The notes beneath the pieces are model-generated. The model ran no database searches and was not told the DNA's origin. It saw nothing but the letters and a program-made list of their open reading frames with translations. 61,231 nt of DNA, from NCBI GenBank assembly GCA_964016885.1, contig CAXHJY010000369.1, positions 1-61,231 on the forward strand, given 5' to 3'. Source of the stretch: Eledone cirrhosa. Its lineage: Eukaryota. The number at the start of each line of letters is the position of its first letter. The first letter of the stretch is position 1. Both the position numbers and the translations under genes were made by a program. Of the stretch, positions 26,266-39,104 are shown in pieces.

Positions 26266-28094
26266 GGTTTGCCTTCTCTTTATTTTCTTCTACATAACAC
26301 AGAGAAAGAGGAGAGAGAGAGAACTGGGTAAAAGGGAAAGTAAAAAGAGACGAAATATGAGAAAAAGAGGAGGGAGAGTAAAGGAAAAGAAAGAATAAGA
26401 GAGGGAAACTGAGTAAAAATAGTGACAGAGGAGATAGGGAAGCGTAATATGAAAATGAGCGAAGAGAGAGTAAAAGTGTGACGAAAGATTAAGAAAGAAG
26501 GAGAAAGCGAGAGTTTTACGCTTGGAAAATGGATAGCGCGAGTAATTTAGAAAACCTTAATTAACACGGCAACAAATTAGGAGGCCAACGACTGCAAAAC
26601 AACAAAATTTTATAAAAGATTTGATTACGTTGGTAAATCAAAAGAAAGAAACTAAACGAGGGAGCTCATATTTCATTTGGTCGCTCGAGTTCCAGTCATA
26701 GATCCTTAAAATAACACTAACGTTTTTTAAAAAATCGAATGACACATTTGTATAAATGTAGTTCTTAATTTAAAAGCTTAATCTTAGGTATACGAAAAGA
26801 TGGATTGGTCACGGCTGGAAAGCTCGGATAGAGGTTCTGCTTGAACAGAGCTAAACAGCAACTATTTTACTATAGTGTTAAAAAAACCCAATAACGTACG
26901 ATTCGATGGTGTTCGGTAACAAGGGGTTCAAAACAAAACGAGAGGCCTAGAAACAACATGATGTTAACGAGTTAGGAAAGAGGGTATGTCGAGCGGGAGA
27001 AAGATTGTTAATTAATTGACAAGGATAGTCGATGGGAAAATAAGCTGCAAAATGGATAAGAAAAATATTTTTTTTATTTTTGATTCTATAGTAATCTATA
27101 ACTAATCAATCAACAACTCCATTTGACATTCAATAAAGCGTTCATTAGCAAGGTATAGAGCGAAATAGTAGGTGAGAATAAAAGAGGAAACTAAGCTACA
27201 AGGAAACCTCTGCATCGTCGAGCACCGTGATAGAAATAAAAGCCAATTCTCCTTCAAATGACACCCTAGTGTCTTTAAAGTGAAAGGACATTGTAGATTA
27301 GATTGTGGGGGGGAGGGGCTTTCTATGGTAACAAATATAGGGCCAAATAACGGGGAAATGTCAATCAACCAAGGGAGCTAACTATGGAGAGTGTGTGTGC
27401 GTGTGGCTGGAAAGGAGAAGGCTCAAGTAGCTAAAAGGGGAGTTAATTATGAAAGCTAAATGAAACACGGATATTGTGGGTGCATGGCAAAACAAGGGAG
27501 TTAACTAGTCAATGAAAAAAAAACAGGAAAGCCCAGTAACAGAGGGAACGAAGTAACGAAGTTTTCATTTTACCGATTCCAATGTACTAAGCAATCTTTT
27601 TTCTATGATTTGTTATAGAGGAAGTAATAGTGTTAAGTTCTCCGAAGCCATTGATGTCGATGTTGTTCTTGAACAACTCCATGAAAAACGTACAGAAGAG
27701 GTATTCCAATTGACATATCTCCTGGAAATAATCATTAGTGAGGTATCGTATCTGGCAAAGAAGATACGAATATAGGTGATAAAAGGCTGCCTCGTGGTCC
27801 TAGCGGACAGAATTGGAGAATGCGTTGCACAAGAGGATAGACGCATTGAAACAGCCATTCAAGATCGCAGGGCTCTTTCATGAAGGCGGCCAATACCGTT
27901 TCGATAGCAGTGAGAAGTGGACTTCTCTATATATTAGAGATGTTTATTATCATATAACAAATATATAAGATTAAATAGAAGTACATACATGTAATCAATT
28001 AATTATTGCTAGGAACCTTATGAATATAACACACAAAAATATCTAATCAGAGCGGGGGAAAAAAAAACATCAAATCAACTCTATGTGCGTCAAT

Positions 28095-28740
28095 TGGTCA
28101 CACACGAGAGTATCGGAAACTTTGAAGCAAACCAACACGTTCGCAGCATCATCACGGATGAATGGCGCTGAAAGCACCATAACGGGCATTACCCGACACC
28201 TCAGTATGGCAAGGCGCTAACGATGACAAGAACTTCGTTGTCACCGGCCCAGCTATACCAAACGTCTCGAACGTCACAGGCTGGAAAATAGTTTATAAAT
28301 TTTACCGCGGCATCCAGGATATGGGACGGAACAAAAGAGTCACTGATTGTGGCGTCCCAGATGAGACATCTACCTCTTACCCAAGGACAAAGAGTAAGAC
28401 CATCTGGTCTATTCCCATCAATTTTGGGTAATCCAGCCAGCTCCAGAACTGAGGTGATATTTACTTGAGCCAGAACCCGCTTAATGATCATGTTTAGCTC
28501 GGTGTGGCGGGCGAAGCAACCAGCATTCAGACGACAGGTCAAACCATAGATGCCAGTTGAGTCGAAGGGCCTACCTCCATCTTTGACACCCCCCCCCCCC
28601 GGACATCGGCTCCCATTCTGAAGGTAAAGGAGATGCAGAGCTCGTCCAAACTGAGAAGACCATTAATGTCGGCCACAGACGGGGAATCAAGCTAGTCCCT
28701 CGAGAATTTTGCGCTTGCAGAAAGCAGGCGACACCTTGAA
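28095..28740 (-). mobile_element. Decayed RLE-type (CRE-like clade) non-LTR retrotransposon, C-terminal restriction-like endonuclease
   Basis: ORF 28201-28542: ARHTELNMIIKRVL...DGNRPDGLTLCPWVRGRCLIWDAT..DS, followed in another frame by YFQPVTFETFG. Confidence 0.82.
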
Positions 28741-28812
28741 AATTGATCAGATTTATCAGAGTTAAAGGTATGTGTGTGTGTGTACAAAGAAATTTTTTGA
28801 CACTAATATATA

Positions 28813-29267
28813 CCGTATATAAGCCGAGAAATATGTGGCAAAAAAAATCTATGGTAAAACGGGGTAGATTTATATTCGAGGTCAATATTTTGCTGATTTT
28901 CACCAACTTCAAAATTTTACTAAATATGAGGTGCTAAAATATTTTAGCTTTAGAAGTGAATATTACACCGGTTTCATTTTCGACGGGAAATTCGTATTTC
29001 CTAATGTTTTTCATATTTTGAATGAATATGGTCCTGAAAACGGTCAATCAGTTAAACAATCATTACGTAATGAAGTTATGAAACAAAAACGATACGTAAA
29101 TCATTTTAAATATCAAATTTAAAAACTTAATAAATATATTCTCCACTCGTGAGAATTTAAAAACCACACCATCCATTGTGTGTTGATTTTCTGCCTCGAC
29201 TTATAAACGGGGTTGTTGCCTATTTCTCATGCATAAAATAGGTCAACTTATATTCAAGTATATACGG
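28813..29267. mobile_element. Tc1/mariner/pogo-type MITE with CCGTATATA termini and TA duplication
   Basis: TA-CCGTATATAAGCCGAG ... CAACTTATATTCAAGTATATACGG-TA; related internal subterminal motifs. Confidence 0.75.
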
Positions 29268-29769
29268 TAATACATACATAATGTGTATTTTAAATGAGTA
29301 TCGCATGGTAATGCATATATACATGTAGAGTATGTAGCTAAACTTTGATGAATGTAAAGGGGTGTTTGTTGTATATATATGTATGAGCTCTATGTATGTA
29401 TATATGGAAGATAAAGGTGAGGATTCTGCATATGCAGTTTCCAGAATGAGGCTGACAACACAACACTAGTTGCTTAATGGAGCACATTATGACACTTAAT
29501 AGAATGTAAAGGTGTGAGTAGAATGGCTGCATGCACAATAAGGAAACAAAAACACTATTTGTCAACATACTCCAAAGAACTAACTAATAGAAAAAAAAAA
29601 GAATTCTGAAGAGTTAATTATCTAGTAATATTAATTTGCTGACAGTGGGATAAATAGGCAACCAGAACTTTTTGATTTAGCTTAATGTGTTAGCCAAAGG
29701 AGGGGAATGCCAACAAGGGAAAGGAACAAGAGACAGGAAGGTGGAGAGGTGAAGGAGAATTATGCATGG

Positions 29770-30255
29770 CAAAACTCAAACAAAAAACATTAAAGACAAA
29801 ATTTACTGTAGAGATGAGCAAGGAATTTATCTGATAAGACTAATAACCTATGAAATAGATACTACTAGATATAACCAATTAATTATAAAATCGTTAAAAA
29901 CTAAAAAACCACCAAACATAATTATATTAATACTGAGGTTAAAGCTAAAGCTATAAAAAAAGAAATAAAATAGAGGAATAACTATCTAAGTGTGAGGCTT
30001 ATCTTACAGATAAGGATCACAAAGTAAATTTTACCATTAATCCTAGATATAGGCTAAATAGAACTAATCAACAAAAACATTGTAAATAAAATTAATGACA
30101 AAATTAGCAGAAAAAAACTCACAACAGTGAATCAATAGCAACATAGTTATAAAGTCGCTTAAACTCATTAGTGATAAACAGAATTCTAGATTCATGCAAT
30201 TTGATATTTCAATTTGTAGCCATCAATAACTCCTCTACTTAAGGCACTAGACTTT
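29770..30255 (+). pseudogene. Penelope-like element reverse transcriptase remnant
   Basis: Frame-shifted motifs SDKTNN.YEID, KDHKVNFTINPRYRL, RFMQFDI and LLKALDF. Confidence 0.78.
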
Positions 30256-30964
30256 CATCAGCATTAGCATCATCACTGTCTAACAACCATTTTCTATGCT
30301 GAAAGGAGTTAGACAGGTTGTCATGTTCTGAGATTTAGATAGGTCAGGTGACCACATCCCGCTGATACATTCTGTTTTGCTTTGTATCTATACATGGATG
30401 CCCTTCCTAAAGCCAACCACTTTCCAATGAAAACTGGGAGCTTTTTTTGCACCGCCAGCATTATTATTTTACAAAATGGACTGGGTACTTTTGTCATGGC
30501 CCCAGCAATACTAACCCACAGAGTGGGCTGTACTGTATTCTATCATGACACCAGCACAACCTTATATCATTTGGGTGCTCATTGTGGTTGGCCCAGCGAG
30601 GAGGGAGGTACGAGACAGTGAAGAGGAAAGAGTTAAAAGATGACATAAATTTAAAGATTATTACACATATCACCACTAACTTAGATAATGACAACTTACA
30701 ATAAACCTCGAACATACTAAAATATCATCAGCATTAGTTTAACATCTATTTTCCAAACTTGTATAGGTTAGACAGGTTGTAACATTGTGAGGCTAGACAT
30801 GTCAGGTGAGCATGTCTTACTGATACATTCCACATGCCACAGTTTATTTGGAGAGAGACAGAAGGTAGCAAAACCTCTGAGAAATGTAACGAGATTAACA
30901 TATAGTTGGTTTACTTTTTTTTAAACCAACTTTTATAATTACCTTAACATTAAACTCCAACTTA

Positions 30965-31140
30965 CACAAAGAGCCTCTACCCCTGTCACTCATCATTTCC
31001 GTTCCCCTGGCCACTCTTCCCTAATGTCTGTCATTGATGACCTTTTACATCACGGATCACAGGCCTCATGAACCAGGACTGAGAAGAGTCTGATTGTCTG
31101 CCTTGGGTCCAGTTCCCCAATGGACTCAACTCCATTCCTC
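30965..31140 (+). pseudogene. Penelope-like GIY-YIG endonuclease C-terminal remnant
   Basis: PVTHHFRSPGHS ... EKSLIVCLGS.S.NGLN resembles the PLE pattern PVA.HF..P.HS...E..I..L....P.GLN. Confidence 0.68.
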
Positions 31141-32041
31141 AATTTCTTTAATCTTGCACACATATACTTGTGCTTACTTCTCTACCCCTAGCCACTGTCA
31201 CAGATGCATGCATACATTCACCCCCCCCCCCCTAGGTAGCTATGGCTCTGTTATGGTCAGAAACACACACTCTTACAGCTTATACAGACCATAAAAAAAC
31301 ACAAACATTTCTACACTTAACTTCATAGCTCTGTATGGACCAACAACTAACACACAAACAGACACCCTCATATACACACATATTTGCTCACAGCTTCGTA
31401 CTTACAAACACACACACACTTATACTTACGTATACACACACAAATCCTCTTAGCTTCGTACAGACGTATAACAAACACACACACGTGCACACGTTTTTTT
31501 TTTCTTTTCAGATAGACGCGTTCAATCACCACCTTTTAAAACAAGATCATCTTACACAAAACGCTGGCATCAACAGTTTTCATAGAGATGGTGACATGAA
31601 TAGACCTGTTTATTTTTCTCTAAAAAATGTTTCCTCTCTGCCACTGCCCGTCTCCTCAATCTTTCTATTTCGTTTTTAATTTCTCTTTCTATTTTCTGAC
31701 TAGAGTATTTTCCTACTATATCAAGCGTAAAACAAATTATATATTTCTTCATTGTACTGCTTTGTTATTTCTGTTTGCCTTTTGCATATATATATAAGTC
31801 CCTGTATTTTGCTTGTTTTTCACTACCACCTCTAATCATCTCTCAATTAATGTTTCTATTCTTATAATAGTATATTCTGGAAAATTTTCATGAACCACGT
31901 CTTCCCTATGCTGCTTGGCTGCCACCATAGCCCACCCTCCAATAACCTTTCCACCAAATTCCTGTCTGTCTATTTACCTTTTTCTCTTCCTCTTTCCTAA
32001 ACTCTAGGGCTCTGTGAGCCATGGAAAGGCAGCTTATCTAA

Positions 32042-32246
32042 CCCTTTAGCATTTACATTGCTCTCTATTTACTATTGTATTTTCATGGTAAAGCCTTTAT
32101 CTCACATAATATCTTACACAATATTGAATCTATGAGATTTTGAGAACAATACCTTAACATAAGTATCAGTGGCTAGTTATGGCTGGTTTAAACAGAAAGG
32201 GGTGAGAGAATGCTGGCTGAATACAGCCAGTTTAAATGCTAGAGGG
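32042..32246. mobile_element. piggyBac-like MITE (CCCTTTAGCATTTA / TAAATGCTAGAGGG), flanked by CTAA and TTAA
   Basis: Terminal inverted repeats; a second copy in the opposite orientation lies at 37139-37339. Confidence 0.75.
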
Positions 32247-33244
32247 TTAATAAATAAGATTGCATGGGGGTAGGTGTAGGCACTGTACGCCAAAGTGAAG
32301 GCAATCCATCTAGGAGATCAGTAGCTCTGAATAAAAACTGATACAGGGTGGAAAGGACCCTTGAGTCTGATTAGACAAACTCTCTTGTGCTGGTGGCACG
32401 AAGAATGCACTCAGTCCATGCAGTAAAGTGGTTGGTGATGGAAAAGTACAGATAGATACTAATTGCATATACAGGACTAACACTTCCAGGTACAAAGAAT
32501 AACAGCTAAATGGTGTAAAACCAATGTCATGTAACATACGTCTGGGCTGCCTCTCTTAATGTGGGCACACTGAAAGGTAGATCTGGAGAAAGTGTGGCGT
32601 TGCTTGAGGGGAGATAAGTAGATGTATGCTGTGTTCAAGAGGTGAGATGGGAGGAAAGGGTCAAACAACATAAATACAAGTTTTTTCTGGATAGGAAGTG
32701 ATGATGAAGAAGGTTTTCTACTAGCTGAAGAATGGATAGATAAAGTAATAGAGTAAATGACAGAATTATCAAACTTAGAATAATCATAGGCAATAGAATG
32801 ACAATTATCTCTGCCTATGCACCACAAGCTGGACTGAATAAAGAACATAAGGACCGTTTCTATGAGCAACCATTGTGACGGATGACACGGACCTCATCAT
32901 CCTAGCAGGGGACATTAATGGACATGCGGGGCAACATCAGGATGGCTACTCGAAGGTACATGGGCCAGATTCAAGAAAAGTCTATGTGATGCATATGATG
33001 AAATGGAAGATGAGTTCGATATATACAACATAGAGAATAACTGGAATTTCCTATTTGACAAGCTACTGATGAAACATATAGCCGGAGCAAAGCACCAACC
33101 AGACAGAGAGTGACTTGATGGTGAAACAGCACAGTGGATAGAGCCAATAAGGCCAAGAAGCAGGTGTCAAAGGACTTGAAGAATGGGGGCAGCAGAAACC
33201 ATTGCCAGGTAGCGACAAGAGAAGCTAGACGATGAACATATCTA

Positions 33245-33985
33245 TTAGGTTTTTCCGAAAATAATGGCCGCTCTAAGTGTTGTGTTTTGAAACGCAATTT
33301 TATCATAGTATTTTAATTATATTTTAGATGAATTTCGACATACTTAATAATTGATGTATGCTCTTTAATAATTTTCTACTTATTTCAGACAGAAAACATT
33401 CTTGAAGCATAGGCGCCCTTAATTATGAACATGACAAAAAAGGACCTTCGTTTACTTTTCTTGCATGAGTTCAAGCTTGGGCACAATGCCTCCCAAACAG
33501 CTGCCAATATCAACAGAGCATGGTGAGAGGGGTCCACAAGTGATCACACAGTACAAAGGTGGTTTCAGAAATTCCGTAGTGGTGATGAGAGCCTTGAAGA
33601 TGAAGAAGGTAGAGGACTGTCATGCAGTCTTGACAATGAACAATTGTTGAACAAAACCCACGTCAAAGTGTCAGAGAAATGTCTCAGGCACTTGGTGTTG
33701 GTATTGCAACGGTCTCATGCCATCTGCAGAAGATTGGTAAGGTGAAAAAGCTTGATAAATGGGTACCGCATGAACTCAATGAAAATCAAAAAGTTTGGCG
33801 CTTTGAAGTGTGCTCGATGCTCTTTCTGCGAAACACCAATGATCCTTTTCTTGACCGAATAGTCAATAGGCAGAGATGCAGAGATGTTCATGGCTCATAC
33901 TTTGACTAATCAAAACATTTCTGTTGTTAATTTTTCCAGAATAAAATTGTTTCTGAAATCGGCCATTATTTTCGGAACAACCTAA
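33245..33985 (+). mobile_element. Internally deleted mariner (Hsmar1/cecropia-like) with N-terminal transposase remnant from 33425
   Basis: TIRs TTAGGTTTTTCCGAAAATAATGGCCG / CGGCCATTATTTTCGGAACAACCTAA with TA on both sides; LHEFKLGHNA..., RWFQKFRSGDESLED, KLDKWVPHEL, DPFLDRIV; catalytic DD34D region deleted. Confidence 0.93.
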
Positions 33986-34367
33986 TAGCATGAAAAGAGG
34001 CTGAAAGAAAAAGGTTTGCCTATGTCCTGCAACATGAGGATCAGAGATGGGAGGTATTCTGCATCACAAAGTAGTGAGTAAGTGTAAATCAGGATGTTAT
34101 TGGAGAAAAGTGTGTTTGAAATGACGCCAATGTACTTAACATCACTGATGCTGAAAAGGAAGAGGCTTGGAAATACTAATGAATGGGAGGAAGGGAGACT
34201 ACTCCCAGCTGACCCAACAGACCAGCTAATGAAATCAATAGTTATCGGGTCAAAAAAGCAATTAAGAAAATTAAGAATGGTAAAGCCACTGATTTGTCAG
34301 AGATAGTCACTGAAAAGCTAATATAGCATCTGGAAAAGTAGGAATGGAACTAGTCATTCCCGTGGTT

Positions 34368-34555
34368 AATATTGTTTATATTTTTGGCACAAGGCCAGCA
34401 ATTTTCTCAGTGTATTACTGGTACTTTATTTTATCAACCCCATAAGGATGAAAGGTAAAGTTAACCTCGGCGGGATTTGAAGTCAGATCATAAAGGGCCA
34501 TAAATCTTTGCTGCAAAGCATGGCGTCCGACCCTCTACCGATACTGACAATCCAA
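34368..34555 (-). mobile_element. tRNA-derived SINE (same family as the 22.3-23.6 kb cluster) inserted in the RTE
   Basis: Matches the cluster copies. Confidence 0.8.
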
Positions 34556-34809
34556 CGATGGCCGCTGCAGTATATTCATTAATTGCTACAATGAAAAATG
34601 TGGTGCACTAGAAAGGAGCCACTACAGGGGCATAAAACTAATGGATCAAGTTATGAGACAGAAAGAGTTCTAGCATAACTAATTCAGGAAAGAGTCAAAT
34701 TAGATGAGATGCAGTTCGTTTTTTGCTTTGCAGGAGTATGACAGATGCCCTCTTCTTATTGAGACAACTATAAGAGAAGTTCCTAGCTAATAGCAAGCCT
34801 CTATATCTA

Positions 34810-35020
34810 TATCACTCAACAAAAAAGACCGAGTCCAACCTGTCAGTTGGTCATTTTGGTGCCATGATAAAAAGCACCCGGTCCACGCTGTAAAAATGCA
34901 TAATTAGGAAGAGCATTCAGCCATAGAAACCAAGCCAGAAACAGTTCTGTATGAGCAAGACATGGTCATCTGTCTCACAATGGGACAACTATCCCCTGCT
35001 AGCATGAAAAAGTGATGATG
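34810..35020 (+). mobile_element. RTE-tailed SINE fragment inserted in the RTE RT region
   Basis: aaaagcacccggtccacgctgtaa...aggaagagcattcagc...gatgatgat, similar to 39280-39571. Confidence 0.65.
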
Positions 35021-35669
35021 ATCTAAAGAAGTACAGAGTACCTTGATCTGTCATTTGGTGGTCCTTATAGAAACTAGGTGTAGAAGAATGGCTTGTGAGA
35101 GCAGTGCAAGTCATGTAGAGAAGAGCTATCAGTAAAGTGAGAGTAGGAAATGAGTTTAGCAAGGAATTCAGGATCCAGATGAGTACACCAGAACTCTACT
35201 CAGCCCACTTCTATTTATTATAGTCCTTCAAGCCATAACAGAGGAGTTTAAGATAAGTTGTCCATGGGAACTTCTGTATGTTGATCTGGTTCTTATAGCT
35301 GAATCAAAAACTCAAGCATTAATAAGTAAGAAAGAAGACAAAGCCCTGATACCATCAGAAAAGTGGCCTTGCTTGATATGCAGAAAAGGGATAGGTAAAA
35401 TCTGTATACAATGTACACAATGCAAATCTTGGGTATATAAGATGTGTAGCAGGATAGCTGGCTGACTAACAGGAAAGAAAGACTTTATATGTAAAGGATG
35501 TTCAGAGAAATTTGATAGACTAAGGAAGACCTGGGGAGAAGTGGTGAGAGCTGATTTCAAATTGCTAAAGCTCAAAGAAAACATGACAATGGTGAGATGC
35601 TGTGCTGAAAAATACCTGTCCAACCCATGCAATCATAGAAAAGTGGACATGGAATGATGATGATATATA

Positions 35670-35900
35670 TGTATATAAATTCCTGCCATCCACCCATAGT
35701 GTTTAAGAACCTAATCAACAACATCAGAGCAAGGATCTGTAACTTCTCTTCCACCAGAGATCTTCAACAGGGCAGACTCTTACTATAATCGTAGTTTACA
35801 GCTGTGCCTCTTGAAATACCACCACCAAGGGCAACAACTTCTTGAAATCTATCAGCTATTTATATACATTTGAAGATCTCGCCAAATACACATCAGACAT
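35670..35900 (+). pseudogene. Penelope-like RT thumb/linker remnant
   Basis: SCHPPIVFKNLINNIRARICNFSS/EIFNRADSYYN resembles the PLE pattern SNHPP...I..R.S.LSS..EIFN.A. Confidence 0.65.
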
Positions 35901-36986
35901 AGAGGTATATTATCTTTATTAAAAAATCTGGATCCAGCATGAAACCAGCTAGTAACTATAACTAATGTTGTATCATATTGTTATTAAGTAACTATCTATC
36001 TACCAATATATATATATACTACAGCTATCACTTACAATTAAGTATGACTTGCTAGTATTTGTCATGCTAAGGGCTTTAGGTGTCCATGTAGTCATGAGCA
36101 GACATAGACACCCTCTCAAACCTCCCTCCTTTAATCCAGCAGAACTTCTAGGACATAATAACAGTAAGGAGAGAGGGCTGTACTAGCACTGGGCTGGTGC
36201 TTGAAAGGAGGAAAGGCAATGTAGTCTTCAGCAGGATTTCAACAAATACCGAATGCTCTAACAGCTGTGCCAAATGGACAGCCTTATACATACATATTCA
36301 GGTTTAAATTGTTTAATGAGACCTGTTACTAATACAATAGGAAACTTGACTGCTATTTCTAGGAGATCCATCTATGTCATAGAGGCCTAGCTATTATCAT
36401 TGAAAGCAATTTTGAACAATTATTTCATCAGACATTTGCCTTGCAAAGAGAAGAAATTCAGTGGGCAACCACCATCTGTCCCTTAGGTGCCTTTCACAGA
36501 ATCCCAGGTCTCTGGTTTAGGAATAACTTTCTTCCTTATGCCTTCCATCCCACCAAACTCAAAAGGCTATGGGCATTGCTCTTCCCCCTGACTAAATAAA
36601 AACAACTCAATTCCCTGAAATTTAGACACCTTTCAATACACATATGCAGAGGATAAGAGCTACTAGGTTTTCTGTAACCTCCAGGAAATGTAGTTGAGCA
36701 GTGCAGCAATACTGTCTAAATTGATATTAAAAACATTTAGATGGGAGCTCAAGTTAATGCTTTTGATACCAAACTACCTGAAGTCACCACTGGTTCTATG
36801 ATACAATCCTGTTTGTTTTAAACTGTTTATATTTATCTAAAAGCCTTCCATCATAATTTTATCTAAGAACTCTTATTAAGCTATGCTCCAAACATCAAGA
36901 TAATAATGAATTAGTTATTTGATCAAATCCTTCTTAATTCTTGATTATTTGAAAATTATAAACAGTGTCTTTTATTAGAAATATAA

Positions 36987-37118
36987 TAATTGTTTCTCCT
37001 TTTGTCATAAGGCCAGCAATTACCTCAGTGCATTACTGGTGCTTTATTTTATCAACCCCGTAAAGATGAAAGGCAAAGTTAACTTCGGCAAGATTTGAAC
37101 TCAGAACATAAAGGGCCA
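36987..37118 (-). mobile_element. 5'-truncated SINE of the cluster family, possible ATATAATAAT target duplication
   Basis: Sequence match to the cluster; atataataat occurs on both sides. Confidence 0.7.
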
Positions 37119-37138
37119 TATAATAATGAATGGATTAA

Positions 37139-37339
37139 CCTTTTAACATTCAAACCAGCCATATCCGGCCAGAATTCTCTCACCTCTCTGTTCAAACTAG
37201 CCGTAACCAGCTGCTCATACTTATATTAAGGTATTGTTCTCAAAATCTCGTAGATTTGATATGCGAGATAATGATGTGAGTTAAAGTGTTTACCATGAAA
37301 ATACAACAGTATATATAGAGTAATATAACTGCTAAAGGG
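37139..37339. mobile_element. piggyBac-like MITE flanked by TTAA (37135-37138 and 37340-37343)
   Basis: TIRs; homologous to 32042-32246. Confidence 0.78.
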
Positions 37340-37731
37340 TTAAGGAGGTAGGTAGTCACCACTGGCAAAACTATGTGCAGTGTATTAAAACTATTATACG
37401 GTCATTATAAAGTAATTTTTGTTTCCTGTTGTTTCTTTGTTTTGTCAAATTTTTTGTTTCTGAGTTAGTGAGTGTTGTTTTTCTTTTCCTTTATTTCTAT
37501 TTGTTTTTAAATGTTTTATTATATGCCCCTCCTATCAACACTCTGTTTTGTTGTAAGCTAAAAAAATTTCCCCTTGGATAATACAAAACTTAATTGATTT
37601 CCATTGCTTTGTAATTATTTTGTTGTCTTTGTAAAAAATAAAATAAATGACGCGCCAAAATGATATTTAGATTATAAAGATATATCTATGAAAATGATTA
37701 TATACATACCATAGTCGTTTTAACATCCCTG

Positions 37732-37792
<61 letters not shown>

Positions 37793-37793
<1 letters not shown>

Positions 37794-38105
37794 GAGGCAC
37801 ATGGCTTAGTGGTTAGAGCATTGGCCTTGCAATCGAAAGGTTGTGAGTTCAATTCTCAGACCGGGTGGCACTTTATTTCACATTGCTCCAGTTTACTCAG
37901 CTGTAGAAATGAGATGATAGTGACTGGGGTCCATCTGCAAAGTGGTCGTGGAGGTGCTACCTCAAAAAAGCACCCACCACTCACTGTAAATGAGGTTGGT
38001 GTTAGGAAGGGCATCCAGCTGTAGAAATCAAGCCAGAATCAGTTCCCGTCCCACCCTTGCAAGCAGGGAAAAAGCGGACGTAAAATGAAATGAATGAATG
38101 ATGAT
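37793..38105 (+). mobile_element. Full-length tRNA-derived SINE with RTE-derived 3' tail
   Basis: A box TGGCTTAGTGG, B box GAGTTCAATTC; 3' CCCTTGCAAGCAGGGAAAA(A)GCGGACGTAAAATG matches the RTE end at ~60158-60190. Confidence 0.88.
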
Positions 38106-39104
38106 ATATTTATAATCCTTGCTAGCAAGAAGAGGGAAATGGGCTTTAAAAGATGATGATCAATAGCAGCATCTCCATTTAAGGTCTATTTTTCATGCTT
38201 GCATGGGTGAGACAGATTGTCATATTATGAAGCTAATACAATCTGTTTTTGGCCTGGTTTTCTCTGGCTGGATGCGTTTCATAATGCCAACCATCTTACA
38301 GAATGAACTGGAAGCTTTTTTTCATGACACCAGTACTCCCACTTTATAGAATGAACAGGGTGCCTTTTTTGACACACTACTACCTTACAGTGCAGACTGT
38401 GTGAATTTCATCATGGTACCAGCACTACCACCTTACAGGGTGGATTGGATACTTTTTATCATGCACTAACTCATTACAACATTAAGGTGCATAATGTGTC
38501 TGGAGTTCAGAGTGCAGGTCAAATACTGCTCGCAGATAGGGGAGACATCCTACTGTGAGAGAAAGGCAGGGTCGTGGTGTCTGAAATTTTGTGGCATGTG
38601 CCTGACATTCCATGCTGGTCTGGACTAGAAAGGTGTATCAAGAGAGAGGATAGTTGGGTTGGGAAGGTGGATCAGAGGTCTGTCCTAGATTTCCATACTG
38701 TTATGGATTGAACAAGGGGCTTAGCTGGGCAAATTGTGAGTATATTGGCAAACAGGGGACCTAAATGTTTCACCTATCTGCATTTTGAGTTTTACAGTGA
38801 GGGCCATTTTTCCGATGCTCATTTTATCCCCTTTACACGGAAGGTGAGTCTACAGTACAGCATGTTCATGTGAATAAACATTTTTAAAGCTATGCTAATT
38901 AAAGAACATTTTGTCTATGATACAACTGCATGTCACAGTTTGTTCATCACTGCCTCTCAGGGGACTACAGAGTGCATTCTATCATAAAGCAATAGATAGT
39001 CCCCATCACTCAAGTTTAAGAGGGACCTCTCCTCGCCGTGTAGTCTGTTGTCTCTCACCACAATTGCTTTTATTGCCACAGGGCTTGCATTGGTACTGGT
39101 GGAT

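Larger units (their letters stand above)
32480..35663 (+). mobile_element. Decayed, internally deleted RTE-clade LINE (APE + RT + Cys-rich insert) with nested insertions
   Basis: SLNVGTLKGRSGE..VDVCCVQEVRW (APE), YRGIKLMDQVM, LDEMQF, LSPLLFIIVLQ, PWELLY.DLVLIAES and a C..C.KG.G...C..C..WV.K.CS motif; ends in (GAT)n. Confidence 0.88.

Noticed and set aside
33425-33865. Host SETMAR-like gene
   Set aside because: It lies between mariner TIRs, has a stop and frameshift, lacks the catalytic domain, and there is no SET domain
37793-37865. Functional tRNA gene
   Set aside because: A/B boxes are present, but the acceptor stem is not convincing and the sequence continues into a SINE body and LINE-derived tail
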